From the NCBI RefSeq assembly GCF_036971445.1, contig NC_091472.1, positions 181,164,001 through 181,228,000 of the forward strand: a stretch of 64,000 bases of DNA, read 5' to 3'. The notes beneath the pieces are model-generated. The model ran no database searches. It saw only the letters and a list, made by a program, of their open reading frames with translations, and had not been told where the DNA came from. Shown piece after piece: positions 40,040-53,099 of this stretch; the first letter of the stretch is position 1, and every line of letters starts with the position of its first letter. The DNA comes from Narcine bancroftii (Eukaryota). A program made the position numbers and the translations under genes.

Positions 40040-41160
40040 AGCATGGATCCCTGCATATTCTAGATGGGTGTGGTATACAAAATTATAAAAGGCATAGATA
40101 GGCCACAATTTAAGATCAGAAGGCATAGATTTAAGGTTAGAGAAAAGAGGTTGAGAACAATTTTTTTCCCACACAAGTGGGTGTTTGCAAATTGGAATGG
40201 ACTTCTTGAAAAGATTAAAGAAAGACAAAGATAAAGAATAGAATTGCTAAGGCACAATAGACTGTCGACCAAATGCTAGTAAACAGGATTGGAATGAGTA
40301 GATATTTCCTTGTCAGCATGGCCATGGTGAACTGAATGGCCTGATTCTGTGCAATGTGATACTAATAAGGTTCCAGCAGATTGACAAAGCACACCTGTAA
40401 CATCTCTGTTCAAAATAGGAAGGAGAAAGAAAGCAAGTTGTGATAACTGGTTAAATATCGATGATTAGAAAAATGCTGGCATGTATCATTAAGGAAGTGG
40501 CAGCAGGCCATTTTGAAAATAATCAGTGGAGGAAGTGTGTTTTGATTTTCAAAAGGCATTTGATGACATTGTTTGCAATGGGCTACTCCGTACAATAGGA
40601 GTTGAAGTTGTGTGTAATGTTTTAGCTAATTCACTGAAGATAGAGATCAAGGGTCAATTGGTGATTTTCTGGTTGACAAGCTGAAACTAGTAAGGTGCCA
40701 TGGAATCTGTGTATTACATATTAATAGTTAGATGAAAGGACCAAATAGGAGATGGGAAACCATTTTGGAGGAGAAAACAGGGTTTGCAAGGGGACAGAGA
40801 TCGGCTTAGTGAGTAGGGAAATCTTAGGTAGTGTGAGAAATGTGAAGTTTTATCTATTCTTGTAGAAAGCGAAAGCAGAATATTGCCTAAAAGGAACACA
40901 ACAAAACTGGAGAGAATAAACAGAGGAATCTCAAAGTCCTTGTACATAAACCGAACATGGAGGTGCAGCACAAACAAAAATTAGGAAGCAAATGAAATGT
41001 TAATCTTAGTTGCAAGAGTTTGGAGTATAAATATAGGGCTAAACCTTGAGCGCTTCATACAGTGCAGACCTTCCTTTTTAAAAAGGATGTGGTTGTACTT
41101 CAAGGCTGCTCAATGAAGGTTCATTGACGTCATAAAGGATCCCGAATTATCTGATCAGGC
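40040..41160 (+). mobile_element. Very degenerate CR1 fragments
   Basis: GATTTTCAAAAGGCATTTGAT (DFQKAFD), TTGCAAGGGGACAGAGATCGGCTTAGTGAGT (LQ.D.DRL) and a CR1 3' tail. Confidence 0.6.
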
Positions 41161-42503
41161 TTGCTACTTGTTGCTGCCTTTAAGTAAAAAGGTGGAGATT
41201 TAGGGGGTTATAATGCCAGAACAATATTTCAATATAATAGGTCAGGTGATGACTTTCTCTGTGGCCTCCAAGAGTTCTGGCAATGGAGATAATTTTGCTG
41301 CATTCCAGTTGAACCCATTTTCAACATCAGAGCATTTGAAAAAAAAAGAATGTTGTGAGTAAAAAAATGTCGTTCCCCACAGACTTTGCTTATGGAATGG
41401 TGCACCAAGTGTCGATGGTATCCAAAAGAAACAAATAGTTAAGATTGTTATGTACAGCCTGAATAGTTCACACGACAACTTGTGGAAGCATAGTTGATTA
41501 TATGGCTCACTGAAACCTCTTGTGTGATAAATGAATTTGGGATATTTGGATTGTTGTTATTCCCTCTTATTTAAGAGTTCAACAAGCTTAATTCCTACAC
41601 AATGTTGAAACGTACAGTATATTACAGCTTATGTTTTGCATATAGTGAAAAGAAAAAGGTTGCCTTAACCCTGGCTGCAGAAGACGTACCTTTAAAGTCT
41701 ATGAAACACTTGAGGTCTGTAAATACAACCACATGTTTCACCGTTTTCTTTTACGTTCATTTCCCCTCCCAAAAAATATTTTATTAAATCATACCTCATA
41801 GCATATGTTGCTTTTGTATTCTTTCAGGAGAATCACATAAACCTTCTGCCAAATGGGCAGAGCAGCAATCAAAACAAAGACGATGGACGTGGAAACCAAT
41901 GGCCTTAAAACATTAGATACCTTGAGGCTTCAATCATCTTTCATGAAGCTGCATTAGAAATTCTAAAATTGTAAACCTTTTCAAGTAAAGCAATAGAAAA
42001 GGTCACAGTGAAGACTTAAAGCACTTATTATGCAGATTAAGTTAGTAAAGCAAGCTAGATCTGTCAACCCACTGATTTCAAACATTCTAAAGCTTGCTCA
42101 TATAAATATGTTGCCTAATATAATTTTCAAATGGTAATATACAAAAAAAAGGAAGAGATTAAAATATGACAGCTATTAAAGAATGAATGTTACAATGTCC
42201 CTTTATCAAATTTTGTCCCATTTTTTTATCCAAAATTGTGCTGGCTCCCTTGTTGATCTGTTTCCCATAAATGCTGACTAATTAGCGAGGTGTTTGCAAC
42301 ATTTTCTGGTGTTTTCCTGATGACTGGTTTGCTGTTTCCTCAGAGTAATTAGTGAACTATTGGAAGATAAATAAGCAAGTGAATTTTACTTTTCTGCTTG
42401 TTAAGCAAATACACGTGCAATGGAAACATAACTTTGCATCTTAATTAAACAATGATATTTGTAAACAAATGCGACACTGTTGTTGTGCAGTTATATATTC
42501 ACT

Positions 42504-42619
42504 TTCTTCTTTGGCTTGGCTTCAAAGATTTATGGAGGGGTATGTCCACGTCTGCTGCAGGCTCGTTGGTGACTGACAAGTCCGATGCGGGTCAGGCAGG
42601 CACGGTTGCAGTGGTTTTC
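42504..42619 (-). mobile_element. RTE LINE extreme 3' fragment with 9-bp TSD ATATTCACT
   Basis: Reverse complement matches 59330-59445; TSD at 42495-42503 and 42620-42628. Confidence 0.88.
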
Positions 42620-43861
42620 ATATTCACTAGGATTACAACATGTAACATACCACACTTAGTACCAATTATACCAGTTTGAACAAAAGTTTTCCTATGATTA
42701 ATAAACCTTTGGTATCTGGAATTAAATTATACTCATACCAAACTTAAAAATGTAGCAGGGTTAAAGATGTGAACACATCAAAACACAATTATCTCCAAGT
42801 TCGCCTCCATGCTGAGTTGAACACTTATCACCATTTTTTCAGAATTACCAGGTAAAGCCCATAACTTCCTACTGTGAGTGGACCTTCACAACACAAAGAA
42901 TAGTAAATTAAGAAGCCTTCTCTGTTACAACCACTCAAGGACCTAATCTGCCTAGGTACATTTTAGAAAGAATATATTCCAATATTTTGAGAGATAATTC
43001 CACTTGATTTTTGAGTAGACTGTTTACTGTACATTTTCTAATTTATTTCCCTTTTATTCTATTGGCTGAAACAGCATTCTTAACAATATATTAACCAAAA
43101 ATAAATGTAAGCTATGTTTCCTCACTGTCTTTTCTCACAGCAAACAAAAGGACTGTTATTGAAAAGATCAAGGCAAAGTGGCTATGATCAAGTCTAGTAG
43201 AACCAGCCAGAGTACCTTGAAGTCTCACAGCACTGGGACAATATGAATGCAATTTATCAGCAAATCTGGCAGTGATTTCTCATGAAGGAGATAGAAAAAA
43301 AAACCTCTGAACATACAGAGATGATATGAAATTTTGGAATTCCATAAATAAAATCTTGCTTAAAATATTGTTTTGTGTAAGTTCATTGCAAACTGCCAAA
43401 AAACATTATGGTTGATACATAGGTTCTCAAAACAGGTCAGGGAATGACATAGTGTAAAAGAGCAAAGGTTGGCTTGATTTTAAAAACATAGCTTGCCTGC
43501 AGCCTTGAAAATGAACTTATAAAAACTGAGCACACAACTGAGCCTGAATCTCCAGGACACATTGCAGCAGGGGGTACTTACGCTCAACAAGCAAATGAAT
43601 CCAAAGGAAAAGTGCAGTTTGGAGCACAATAACTTGCTTATTGGTATGCTGGCTGCTTGCCAGCAACCTCAGAACATGAAGCAATGTGACAAGAAGTTCA
43701 GTGCAGAGCTGAAAGGATAAATGGTACAAGGCCTTGGCAAGTCAGTCAGAAGTGAATGCTGCAGCAAACAAATTTTCATATTTAACTTTGCCCACAGTTT
43801 GTCTATGGGAGTGTTGGTTGTGGGAGTGAAACTTTTAATTGTAAAGCAACTAGGCAAAAAT

Positions 43862-44810
43862 TGAAGATTCAAGATTCTTTTATTGTAGTATAGAACGTAA
43901 TATTACACAAAATTTCCTTCTGCCAGCTGTAAAGCAAAGAGTCATTATTTGTGTTGCCAGGCTCTACTAAAAATAAAGGAGAAAGAGAAGCAAAAGAGAG
44001 TTCCTTCAGAGTCACTAGGCCCCTTCAAATTGCCATGTAAAATGGGGTTATCTGGGCAATTTTCTTGATTGACGACCCAGGAACATGGCTATTTGAAAGG
44101 GTCCAACTGGGTCATCCCAGTCAAACCCAACCAGGTTCCAGACCTACCTCACTTACGCAGGTCTCCTCCTCCGGAAATTTGAAAGGGGAAATGGCGAAAT
44201 CACTTTGGCACTAGCAGAGTGGTTCTGGCGGTGTGGGTGATTATGGGTAAGGAAGACAGCCATTGCTCCCACACTTCCGTGTTGAGGCATTTCCACGAAC
44301 CGGAGAGATTCATCACGGCATCAACCCGCCCCCACCCCACCCCATTCTCAGCAGCAACACATCGCTGGGGGAGGTGCAAATGATGGCCAGGAGCAGTGGG
44401 TGATTGACAGCCAGGAGCAGGGGATGTGGGCAACAGATGGGAGGGGGAGTGATTAGGAGAACATTAAACAAAAAGGGATTCCCTGTAGGGCTGCCTGTGC
44501 CTGAGTGATACGCCACTCACCATGTCACTGAAGGGGCGGGATCCCCCTTAAATCGCCAGGCAAACTAGTTAACAGGTAGGTTAGGCTGCTATTTAAAAGG
44601 TGCATTCTGCCCACACGATCCAGTCTCTCACCATGGCCCCAGTCATCTCACCATGGCCTCAGGAGAGCGACCCAAGTGCTGGAATGTGAAATCACCTATT
44701 GAGTGCCTGTGGATTAATTTCCAGTCTGCAGCCACACAGACTCCCGTTCTATCCATTGGAAACCTGAGCTCTAGATACAAGACTCCAATATGATCGGGAA
44801 GACACATCTC
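43862..44810 (-). mobile_element. Rex/Babar-tailed non-autonomous element split by a DNA-transposon insertion
   Basis: The two halves rejoin into sequence homologous to 7870-8095. Confidence 0.6.
44017..44698. mobile_element. Probable PIF/Harbinger-type MITE
   Basis: Imperfect TIRs TAGGCCCCTTCAAATTGCCA / TGGAATGTGAAATCACCTA; GC-rich interior interrupts the host element. Confidence 0.5.
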
Positions 44811-44879
44811 TGATCATTTTTTTTTAAATGAATATGTTTGATATTAAAGTAGCATTTATAATCATTGGGAGATATTTTC

Positions 44880-45175
44880 TTCTGACATAGAAAGAAGCCA
44901 GACTATAAAATCTATGCCGTCTCTCAGATCAATCACAGCAAACCGATCCCTCCATTTATTTCCCCATGACATACCCAGCAACTTCACTCTGCTTCCCTGC
45001 CATCCAGCTACACTCAAGTTAGTGGTCAATTAACCTACCAATCATCGCGTACTTGAGATATGTGAGGAAACCAAAGCATCCAAGGAAAACTCACACGGTC
45101 TCAGAGATAACAACCCACCTCCATGCGGATAGTACTGGAAGTGAAGATTGAATCCCGGCTGCTGGAGCTGTGAAC
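44880..45175 (-). mobile_element. Degenerate V-SINE-like SINE
   Basis: GAGGAAACCAAAGCATCCAAGGAAAACTCACACGGTC core, GATTGAATCCCGG B-box. Confidence 0.65.
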
Positions 45176-45653
45176 TATTTAATGTTCAATGGGCAGAAAA
45201 GTCTGGGAAATGGATTTCCAGAGGCTGAGCAGTGTTGTGGTACTCTTCATATTTAGTGAAAGCAACAGGAAAAATTTCACCTTGATATATTTTGTGGGCT
45301 GACATTTAATATTATTTCATCGACAGCAGTATCCGATAAATCAATTTTACCATCAGCTCTGAGCATTTAAAAGCTTTTCAGTTATCTCCAGGGGTGCAGC
45401 GCCATTCCGGCACCTTGGGGGAAGCTCATGGGGCCATTCCAGGCACCTCAGGGGCGTAGCTCCCGTGCCTCCTAGTCACCATTTTTGATAAGTTCCAGCA
45501 CGTAAACAATAAGCACTGCACCCCTGGTGATCTCTTCAAGAAATCTATGAGTAATCTTCCATTTTATTGGAAAAAAAATTGACCGTGTTTCGTTATTTTC
45601 CTCAGAACAGCTCTGCACTCTTGGTACTGATGCTTTATATTGAATAACTAGAC

Positions 45654-46014
45654 CAGTGGTTCTCAACCATTTTTTCCCACTCACATACCACAAAGGAATA
45701 CCTATGCCATCGATGCTCTATGATTAGTAAGGGATTGCTGAAGGTGGTATGAGAGTGGGAAGGGAAGGTTGAGAATCACTGCTCTAGACCAAATGTTCCT
45801 GAAATATTTTGCTTGAGAAAAATTGTTATTGGCCCATTTCCTTTGGAGTTATGAAACAGTGCACATAACCAGTCAATTAGGTACGATTAAAACAGTGGTT
45901 TTCAATTTTTTTTCTTTCCACCCACATACCACCTTAAGCAATCCCTTACTAATCACAGAGCACTCATGGCATAAAGTGGTATGTGGGTGGAAAGAAAAAG
46001 GTTGAGAACCACTG
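45654..46014 (+). mobile_element. Composite hAT MITE copy
   Basis: Four TIRs and the conserved spacer as in 4026-4400. Confidence 0.9.
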
Positions 46015-46519
46015 ACCTCAAGATAGGAATCAGGTATAGAAAGCCACCTGAAATTGCATTTGCACAAGAATAAAAGGCTGTTCTCAAACATTGGAAGAAA
46101 TACATATAAAATGGGCTAAATGAAAAGAAGCTAAGCTTCTTTTTCAATGATTGTACCAGTGTAGCAACAGCAGCAAAGGCAAAGGGATAAAACTGCTCAA
46201 GGGAGTAGCTATTTTCTAAGTCCAACATACCTTGCTAATTAGGGTCACTACTTTCTCCTGGGCATTTTATGCTTTTCAATGATCAAAGTTGTGCCATGCA
46301 TAATAGTTTAAATACCCAGGTTGTATTAATCTGTTGGTGATGTTGGACTATATTTTGGGCTTTTACAAATATATTACATTGTATTGCACATGAAATGCAA
46401 AAAACAGTTTCATTTGGTCTAAGCCAGTTTTTAAACTCCACTTGTGCTTTCTCACATCCTTCCTCATCTAATTCCACATGTATAATCTTCTATTCATCCG
46501 TCCTCATTTCCAGTGTTCA

Positions 46520-47112
46520 TCTCAAAGTTCAGATTTATTGTCAGAGTACATATATGAAATCACATACACTCCTGACATTATTAGTAGTGCAAAACAGTGT
46601 ACTTTAGAAGATAAATATACATGTAAACAAATAAAGAAATGTAAACAAACTGATTGTGAAATACAGAGAATTTTTTAAAAAATCAATACATTGCAAAAGT
46701 AAGAATCTGAAAGTAAGAGTTTCTGATGAAGTTTGTTGTTGAGGATTCTGGTGGTGGCGGGGTAGCAGCTGTTCCTGATCCTGGTGGTGCGAGATTTGTG
46801 GCACCTATACCTCCTTCTTGGTGGTAGCAGTGAGAACAGAGGGTGTGCTGGGTGGTGTGGATCCGTGATGATTGCTGCTGTTCTCCAATGGCAGTGTTGC
46901 CTGTAGATGTTCCTGATAGTAGGGAGGGTTTTGCCTATGGTGTCCTGCACTTTGTCCACTACCTTTTGCAGGGCTTTCCATTCTAGAGTTTTAGTATCCT
47001 TATACCAGTCTGAGATGCAGCCAGTCAGCACACTTTCCATCACTCATCTATAGAAATTTGCCAGGGATTCTCATGCCATATTAAACCTCTGCAAACTCCT
47101 GAGGAAGTAGAG
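46520..47112 (-). mobile_element. Rex1/Babar LINE 3' end
   Basis: ORF 46675-47043 ESVLTGCISDWY..DPHHPAHPLFSLLPPRRRYR..TTRIRNSCYP. Confidence 0.9.
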
Positions 47113-47854
47113 AGCTCCACTCAACTACTCATTCTTTCAGCAAATTTCTCATCATCCAAGGCATAAAGATTTCTTCTAAATTCCTTACCTAATTTTTTAA
47201 ATCCTTTCTTTGAACACATTTAATGAACTCTAGCCCATCCAGCCCTCTAACTGTATGGGTATCCCAATCAATGTGAGGGAAGTTAAAATCTCCCATGATC
47301 ACTACCTTATGATTCTCACACATATACGTTATCTCCCTACAAATTTGTTCCTCTAATTTTCTTGGCCCTTTTGGTGGTCTGTAATACACTCCTATTAGTG
47401 CCCTCATGCCTCCTTCACCCCTCAGTTCCACCCAAACAGCCTCACTGGGCTATCCCTCCAGACCATCCTGCCACCTCACGGCAGTAATGTCCTCCTTAAC
47501 AAGCAGAGCAACTCCTCCCCCTTTTTTACCCCCTGTTCTATCACATCTAAAACAAATGTATCCTGGAATATTAAGTTGCCAGTCCTGCCCCTCCTGTAGC
47601 CAGGTCTCACTAATTGCCACAACATCATGACCCCAAGTATCTGTCCATGCTGTAAGCTCATCTACCTTGTTCACTATGCTTCTTGCATTAAAATATATGC
47701 ATTTCAGAGAATGGCCCTCACCTATATTCTCTTTTCTACCTTTTACCCTAATCTCCATCCTACCTTTGTTATCATTATTATTCCTATCTAGGTGTCCATG
47801 CTCCCTTGACACTGCTCTCACACTCTGTTCCCCACCCCCCCTCCCCCCGCCAAA

Positions 47855-48787
47855 CTAGTTTAAACCTTCCCGCACAGCTCTAGCAAATCTGCTTGCCAGC
47901 ACATTGGTCCCCCTCCAGTTCAAGTGGAGTCTGTCCCTTTTGTACAGGTCCGACTTTCCCCAGAAGAGATCCCAATGATCCAGAAATCTTATCCCTTGCC
48001 CCCTGAACCATCTCTTTAGCCACACATTCATCCTCCACATCCTCCTATTTCTACCCTCACTAGCGCGTGACACCGGCAGCAATCCAGAGATTACTACCTT
48101 GGAGGTCCTGTTTTTTAACTTCCTACCTAATTCCACATAATCCTGTTTCAGGACCTCATCCCCACTTCTAACTAAGTCATTGGTCCCCACATGGACCACG
48201 ACTTCTAGCTGTTCTCCTTCCCTTTGCAGAATGCTATGAACTCGATCAGAGATATCCCTGACCCTGGCACCAGGGAGGCAACAGGCCAACTTGGATCCCC
48301 GATCTCGTCCCACAAACCTTCTATCTGTTCCTCTGACTAATGAGTCCCCAACTACAAGTATCCTGTTCTTATCCCTCCTTCCCTTCTGAACCTCAGGGGC
48401 AGCCCCTGTGCCAGAGACTTGACCCCCACGACTCGTCCCTGTTAGGCTGTTCCCCCCAGCAGTATCCAATGCTAAATACATGTTGCTGAGTGGCACTTCC
48501 ACAGGGGTACTCTGCACAGGCACTCTCCCTCCTTTCCTCACAGTCACCCAATTCCCTGACTCCTGCCTTCTAGGGATGACTGTCTCCCTGTAACTTTTCT
48601 CAATTACTGCCTCTGCTTCCCTTATGCTCCTCAGTTCATCCAACTGCAGCTCAAGCTCCCTAACACGGTCACTCATTGTATGCAATTGGATGCACCTTTT
48701 GCAGGTATAGTCGTCAGGAACAGCTGTGGTGTCTCTGATTTCCCACATCCCACAACTGGAGCACTTAACTACCCCAAATGACTCCAT
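47855..48787 (-). CDS. CR1 ORF1 protein (N-terminal CxxC zinc finger, coiled coil, SGNH esterase), open frame 310 aa
   Basis: CSSC..CKRC, VGDSLVRG (GDS), HVGTND, DRLHLN (DxxH). Confidence 0.88.
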   Translation of the reverse strand: MESFGVVKCSSCGMWEIRDTTAVPDDYTCKRCIQLHTMSDRVRELELQLDELRSIREAEAVIEKSYRETVIPRRQESGNWVTVRKGGRVPVQSTPVEVPLSNMYLALDTAGGNSLTGTSRGGQVSGTGAAPEVQKGRRDKNRILVVGDSLVRGTDRRFVGRDRGSKLACCLPGARVRDISDRVHSILQREGEQLEVVVHVGTNDLVRSGDEVLKQDYVELGRKLKNRTSKVVISGLLPVSRASEGRNRRMWRMNVWLKRWFRGQGIRFLDHWDLFWGKSDLYKRDRLHLNWRGTNVLASRFARAVREGLN

Positions 48788-48984
48788 TTCCTCCTTTCTT
48801 ACTATAAATATGTTGTTTCAAAGATTCCTTTCCACACAAGGAGCTCCTTCTCAGCCCTTGCTCGCCAAAGTCCCAAGTCCCCATTCCTTCACTGGGCCAC
48901 TCACTCACTGCGCCACTCCTCGCTGGCCGCTCCCTCCCTTTCTACTCCTTTTATTAGCCCTTACCAATTAACCCCAATTAACTC

Positions 48985-49186
48985 CTGGCTCCTCCTCCTC
49001 TCACACGACACCAGGCGCTGACTCACTGCCTCCTCCGACCACGAGTTTGACCTTTCTAAGTCTGAGCCCCGGTAAGTCCTGCTATTTATTCTACTCACCT
49101 CTCTGATGCTGTCCTCTGGCTCCTCCTCCTCTCACATGACACCAGGCGCTGACTCACTGCCTCCTCTGACCCCGAGTCCGACCTTT
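48985..49186. repeat. Two ~70-bp direct repeats (period 131) in CR1 5' UTR
   Basis: CTGGCTCCTCCTCCTCTCACA(C/T)GACACCAGGCGCTGACTCACTGCCTCCTC..GACCTTT at 48985 and 49116. Confidence 0.9.
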
Positions 49187-49559
49187 GATGGTCCCTACCT
49201 TAAATAGAGGTATTCATTCTCTGCCCACTCAATCAAATCTTCTGTTGGGATCCTGCTTGGCTTTTTCTTTTTAACATGCTTGACAGCTATACTGTTATCC
49301 TGACTTATCTGCAGAAATTAAAGGTCACATGTGAGTTTAAATTCAGCGTACTTCTCCAATTCATAATTCTATCCCTCTGAAAATAAACTCAGGTGTTTTG
49401 TTTGTTTTATTAGTCAGAGTGTCTTTGAGATGCAGCCAGGAAACAGCCCCTTTAAGTCCATCCTCACACACCCATGTTTCTATTAATCCTACACAAATCC
49501 ATTTTATTCCCAGAAACACCCCTAGAGAGTAATAACCTGAATCTCAACATGGACACGGT

Positions 49560-51212
49560 GAAGGAAATCTTGAACTAGAAATGACCATCCTCCACTACTC
49601 ATCAATAATTGTGTAGTGGGGAGCACCAAGTTCCTCGAAATTCACTAACTAGTGACCTATTGTGGGCACATAACATCTCCTCACTTGTCTGAAAGGTACA
49701 ACAGCCACTGCATTTCCTGAGAAGACTGAGGCGGGCAAGGCTACTGGCCATCGTCATGTCAACCTTCTCTAGGAGTTCTATCCAGAGTGTCCTGACCATC
49801 CTCCTGCTGAGAAATTAATTGGAGGTTGTTATTGAGCCAAGAGGACACAAAATCCTGCAACAGTAGATATTCACCAAGACAAATGGTTACTTAAACAAAA
49901 GTTGATTTTAATTATCTTTAAACATGAAAACAGATCAAATTTCAACTTATTACTATTAATTTAACTTAACCTAACTTAATTCCCTTCTAATTCTAAGCAT
50001 ATTTGTATGTCATGTATGTGTAAGTTCAGAAAAGTTCTTTGATTCACAGTCCAATCTCACTTCTCACTCCTCCAAGTTCACCAGTATCAGATAATTCTTA
50101 TACTATGCACAGAATTTACCATTTTTGAATCTTCACCAGGCATTGGTGCTTGAAAGGTGTATGGTTAGCACTCAGGAAAGTTCTTGATGGTTTTCAGAAA
50201 GATTTGTTGCTTGTTGAACTCCCAAAACTGATTCCTTCCAATCAGCCACTTCAGTGTCTTGCCAAAGAAACTGCCCCCCACCCCCCCACCCCCAGATGAT
50301 AACCTCCTCCTTTCAGGTCACCACAGAACTCACAACCCATCTTCAAAATGGGGTTTTTCCACAAGCTTGCCAGCTTATCATGTTCCAGTCCCAGCTGTTC
50401 CTACTCAACTGTAGAACTGAATTCTCTCTTGCACAGAGAAAAACCACATGACCCTCTTGGAACAGCAAACTGCACTCAGACTGCAGAACCGGACCCAATC
50501 TTTTGAGTTTGTTCATCCATTGGTTTCCAAAACAATAATCCATTACTCCATAGCATGTCCAATTAACACCTACTTTTTTGTGAAGTCATTATAGACATTC
50601 TTCTAAGTTTGTGCAAAGGCACTCAGAGCCTGGACTATCTGGCTTGAGCAGAGATCTGGCATTTTAAATGAGATCAGTTCTGAAGTGTTTGTATCTGTGT
50701 GTGATCCAACTAAAAACCCCACACAATTTATCTCCTTTAAAACATATTTATATAATATAAAATATAACAACTTTAACGAGGTCAATCCAAAGGACTATAA
50801 GAGTGACAGAGAGGATCTTCCTCCTCCTCATCGATGTAATCCACTGGGATCGCTGTCCGAAGTGGGCACGCGATATCATTGAGGTCCACTTCCACCCCAC
50901 GCAGCATCTTTCAGCTGCTCTCACCAGCAGAGAGATGCAGGAGTGTCAGAGCCAGGACCACCAGGGTAAGGAACAGTTTCTTCCCACAGGCAGTGAAAAT
51001 GCTGAATGACCAGAGAGGTACTCATGATAACTATCTGAGACACTCATATTTACAAAACAATATTTGTTTGTATATTTGAATACTAGTCCACATTATATAT
51101 TGTCTCTCTGTAAGTGTGTTATAGCTGGTTGTGCTTTGAACCGAGCACCAAAAAACATTGTTTCATTGGGTTGTACTTGTGCAATCAGATGATAATAAAC
51201 TCGACTTGAGAT
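49560..51212 (+). mobile_element. Rex1/Babar fragment split by a solo LTR
   Basis: KVQQPLHFLRRLRRA (left half) and FQLLSPAERCRSVRARTTRVRNSFFPQAVKMLN (right half); tail GATAATAAACTCGACTTGAG. Confidence 0.8.
49827..50778 (-). mobile_element. Solo LTR, probable 4-bp TSD AGGT
   Basis: Starts TGTTAT; AGGT on both flanks; extensive inverted homology to 52290-53097. Confidence 0.78.
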
Positions 51213-52252
51213 TCTACTTCTCATCTACATCCCAAGGGCAATTTAAAATGGTTAATCATTCTACCAATGGGTGCATTCTTTGGAAAGTGGATGGAAAACG
51301 GACCACCTGGAGGAACCCCTTACGGCAAAGCAGGTCACAGGAGCTGTTAGGCAGTGGCTGTACCAGCCATGTTGAGCTGCATCTCAGATCCTTTTGCTTC
51401 TTATCCACTTATATTTCTTTTTAGGGTAAAACATAATTGAAAGTGATTTTGCCTCTATTACCTCTTTTGGGTTAATTTCTATTTATTCTGAAAAATTGGC
51501 CAGTCATTTCCACATTTGTTTCATTTTTAATTCAATGTTCCATGTTGTTCACAGGCATTATCACCAGAATTAGATAGTTATGTCTTACTAGACAAGGACC
51601 TCTGCTAGGTAAGTAATGCATCTTATCATTGAGCTTGCCCATTCCCTCACCTCCAAGACCCCAAATATTCCCTCATGTTCCAAATAGCCCCAGACCAGAG
51701 TATCAATCTGTCATCTCTCCAAATGTCTGGCCATAGGTTCCACAAGTGTCCAATTATCCTCTAACCACAGATTCTTCTTATTGTGTGCATATATAAGAAA
51801 TTACAAGTTGGATTGGCCTTTGACCTTGTAATAAACAGTCTATGTGCAGATCCAAGTTCTCGGTGCGTCGACGAGTGTGAACATATTTGATTAGAATTCA
51901 GATTTCTGCCTTTTGCTAAAATAGGATGCCAAGAACCAAATTTAATTGCTTCTCTACTGTGGAAGCTGTGGCATCTCTTCTCATTGTTCCCATTCACGTC
52001 CCTTAATCGTGTACAGAACCAGCTCAGATGCCCTAAAACTCCAAGAATAGTGACAGCAAAAGGAATGTATAACTCCTCCTTGATTGAGGGTTGACACAGG
52101 AGTGGTGCAGTCTGATTGCATTCCCATTCCCCTGCATGGTTGCTTAGTGAGAGGGTTGAGGAAAATGATGTCTGCTCACAAGTGGGTGCAGTTCATCTCT
52201 TATGGTTTTTCAGCCAGTAGGCTCACACAATCGGGCATATGTAACAGATCTG

Positions 52253-53097
52253 TGTTAATATTAATCCTTTGTTTAATGTCAAAACTATATTTTATCTAGA
52301 TGTAGTTTAATAAGTTATTTTTGGGTGGTTACAAGGACACAGACAACATATTAGCATTTAAACACACATGGTTCTTTGCAGCAGTTAGCTGGCTTCAGAA
52401 TCAACAAAATGGCTGCTGATTAAAATTGGAGCAAGAGATGAAAGGATTTATGATGGTATGAGAGAGCGAGAGATTTCAGTCAGAAGCAACAGGGACTGGA
52501 ACAGGACAAGCTCGTCAAAAACCCCCATTTGGAAGATGGGTTGCAAGCACTTAGTTCAGCTTGGTCAAAGCCCTTGGGGTTCATGCAAGAGGAGAGAACT
52601 GGCTGTCTAATGTTTCTCTTGGAATAAGAGAAATAAAAAGGCACTCTGTGGTGACCTGAAAGAAAGAGGTTATCATCTGGAGAACCCTGAGGGGGGCAGG
52701 TTTCTTTGGCAAGACACTGAAGTGGCTGATGGAAGTAAATCAATTGTGGGTGTCAGCATTCAATGAATCTCTCTGAAAATCAACAAGAACTTTTCTGAGC
52801 AGTAACCATTTACCTTTCAAGCACCAAAGCCTGGTGAACTTTATACATGTTAAATTCTGTGCACACTATAAGAATTGCCTGCAACCAGCGGACTTCAACA
52901 AATTTTTCTGAACTTACACACACATTACATACACATGTGCTTTGAATTAGAAAGGGGCTAAGTTAGGTTAGTTAAGCCAATCATGATAAGTTAAAGTGTG
53001 ATGTTTAAAGATAATTAAAAGCAGTTTTAGTTTAAGTCACCATTGGCCTTGGTGAATATCCATTGCTGCTGGGTTTTGGGGTCCTCTGGGTCCATAA
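52253..53097 (+). mobile_element. Solo LTR, same family as 49827-50778
   Basis: e.g. TTTCAAGCACCAAAGCCTGGTGAA and GGTGAATATCCATTGCTGCTGGGTTTTGGGGTCCTCTGGG match the reverse complement of 49830-50160. Confidence 0.8.
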
Positions 53098-53099
53098 AA

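Larger units (their letters stand above)
47189..49190 (-). mobile_element. CR1 LINE 5' portion: repeated 5' UTR, ORF1, start of ORF2 endonuclease
   Basis: ORF1 below; CIYFNARSIVNK..ISETWL..GGGVALL and GVYYRPP..MGDFNFP APE motifs. Confidence 0.92.

Noticed and set aside
41810-41930. Host exon after the TTCTTTCAG acceptor (and another acceptor at ~43140)
   Set aside because: All frames hit stops quickly, there is no recognisable protein and no clear donor; not supportable without RNA data.
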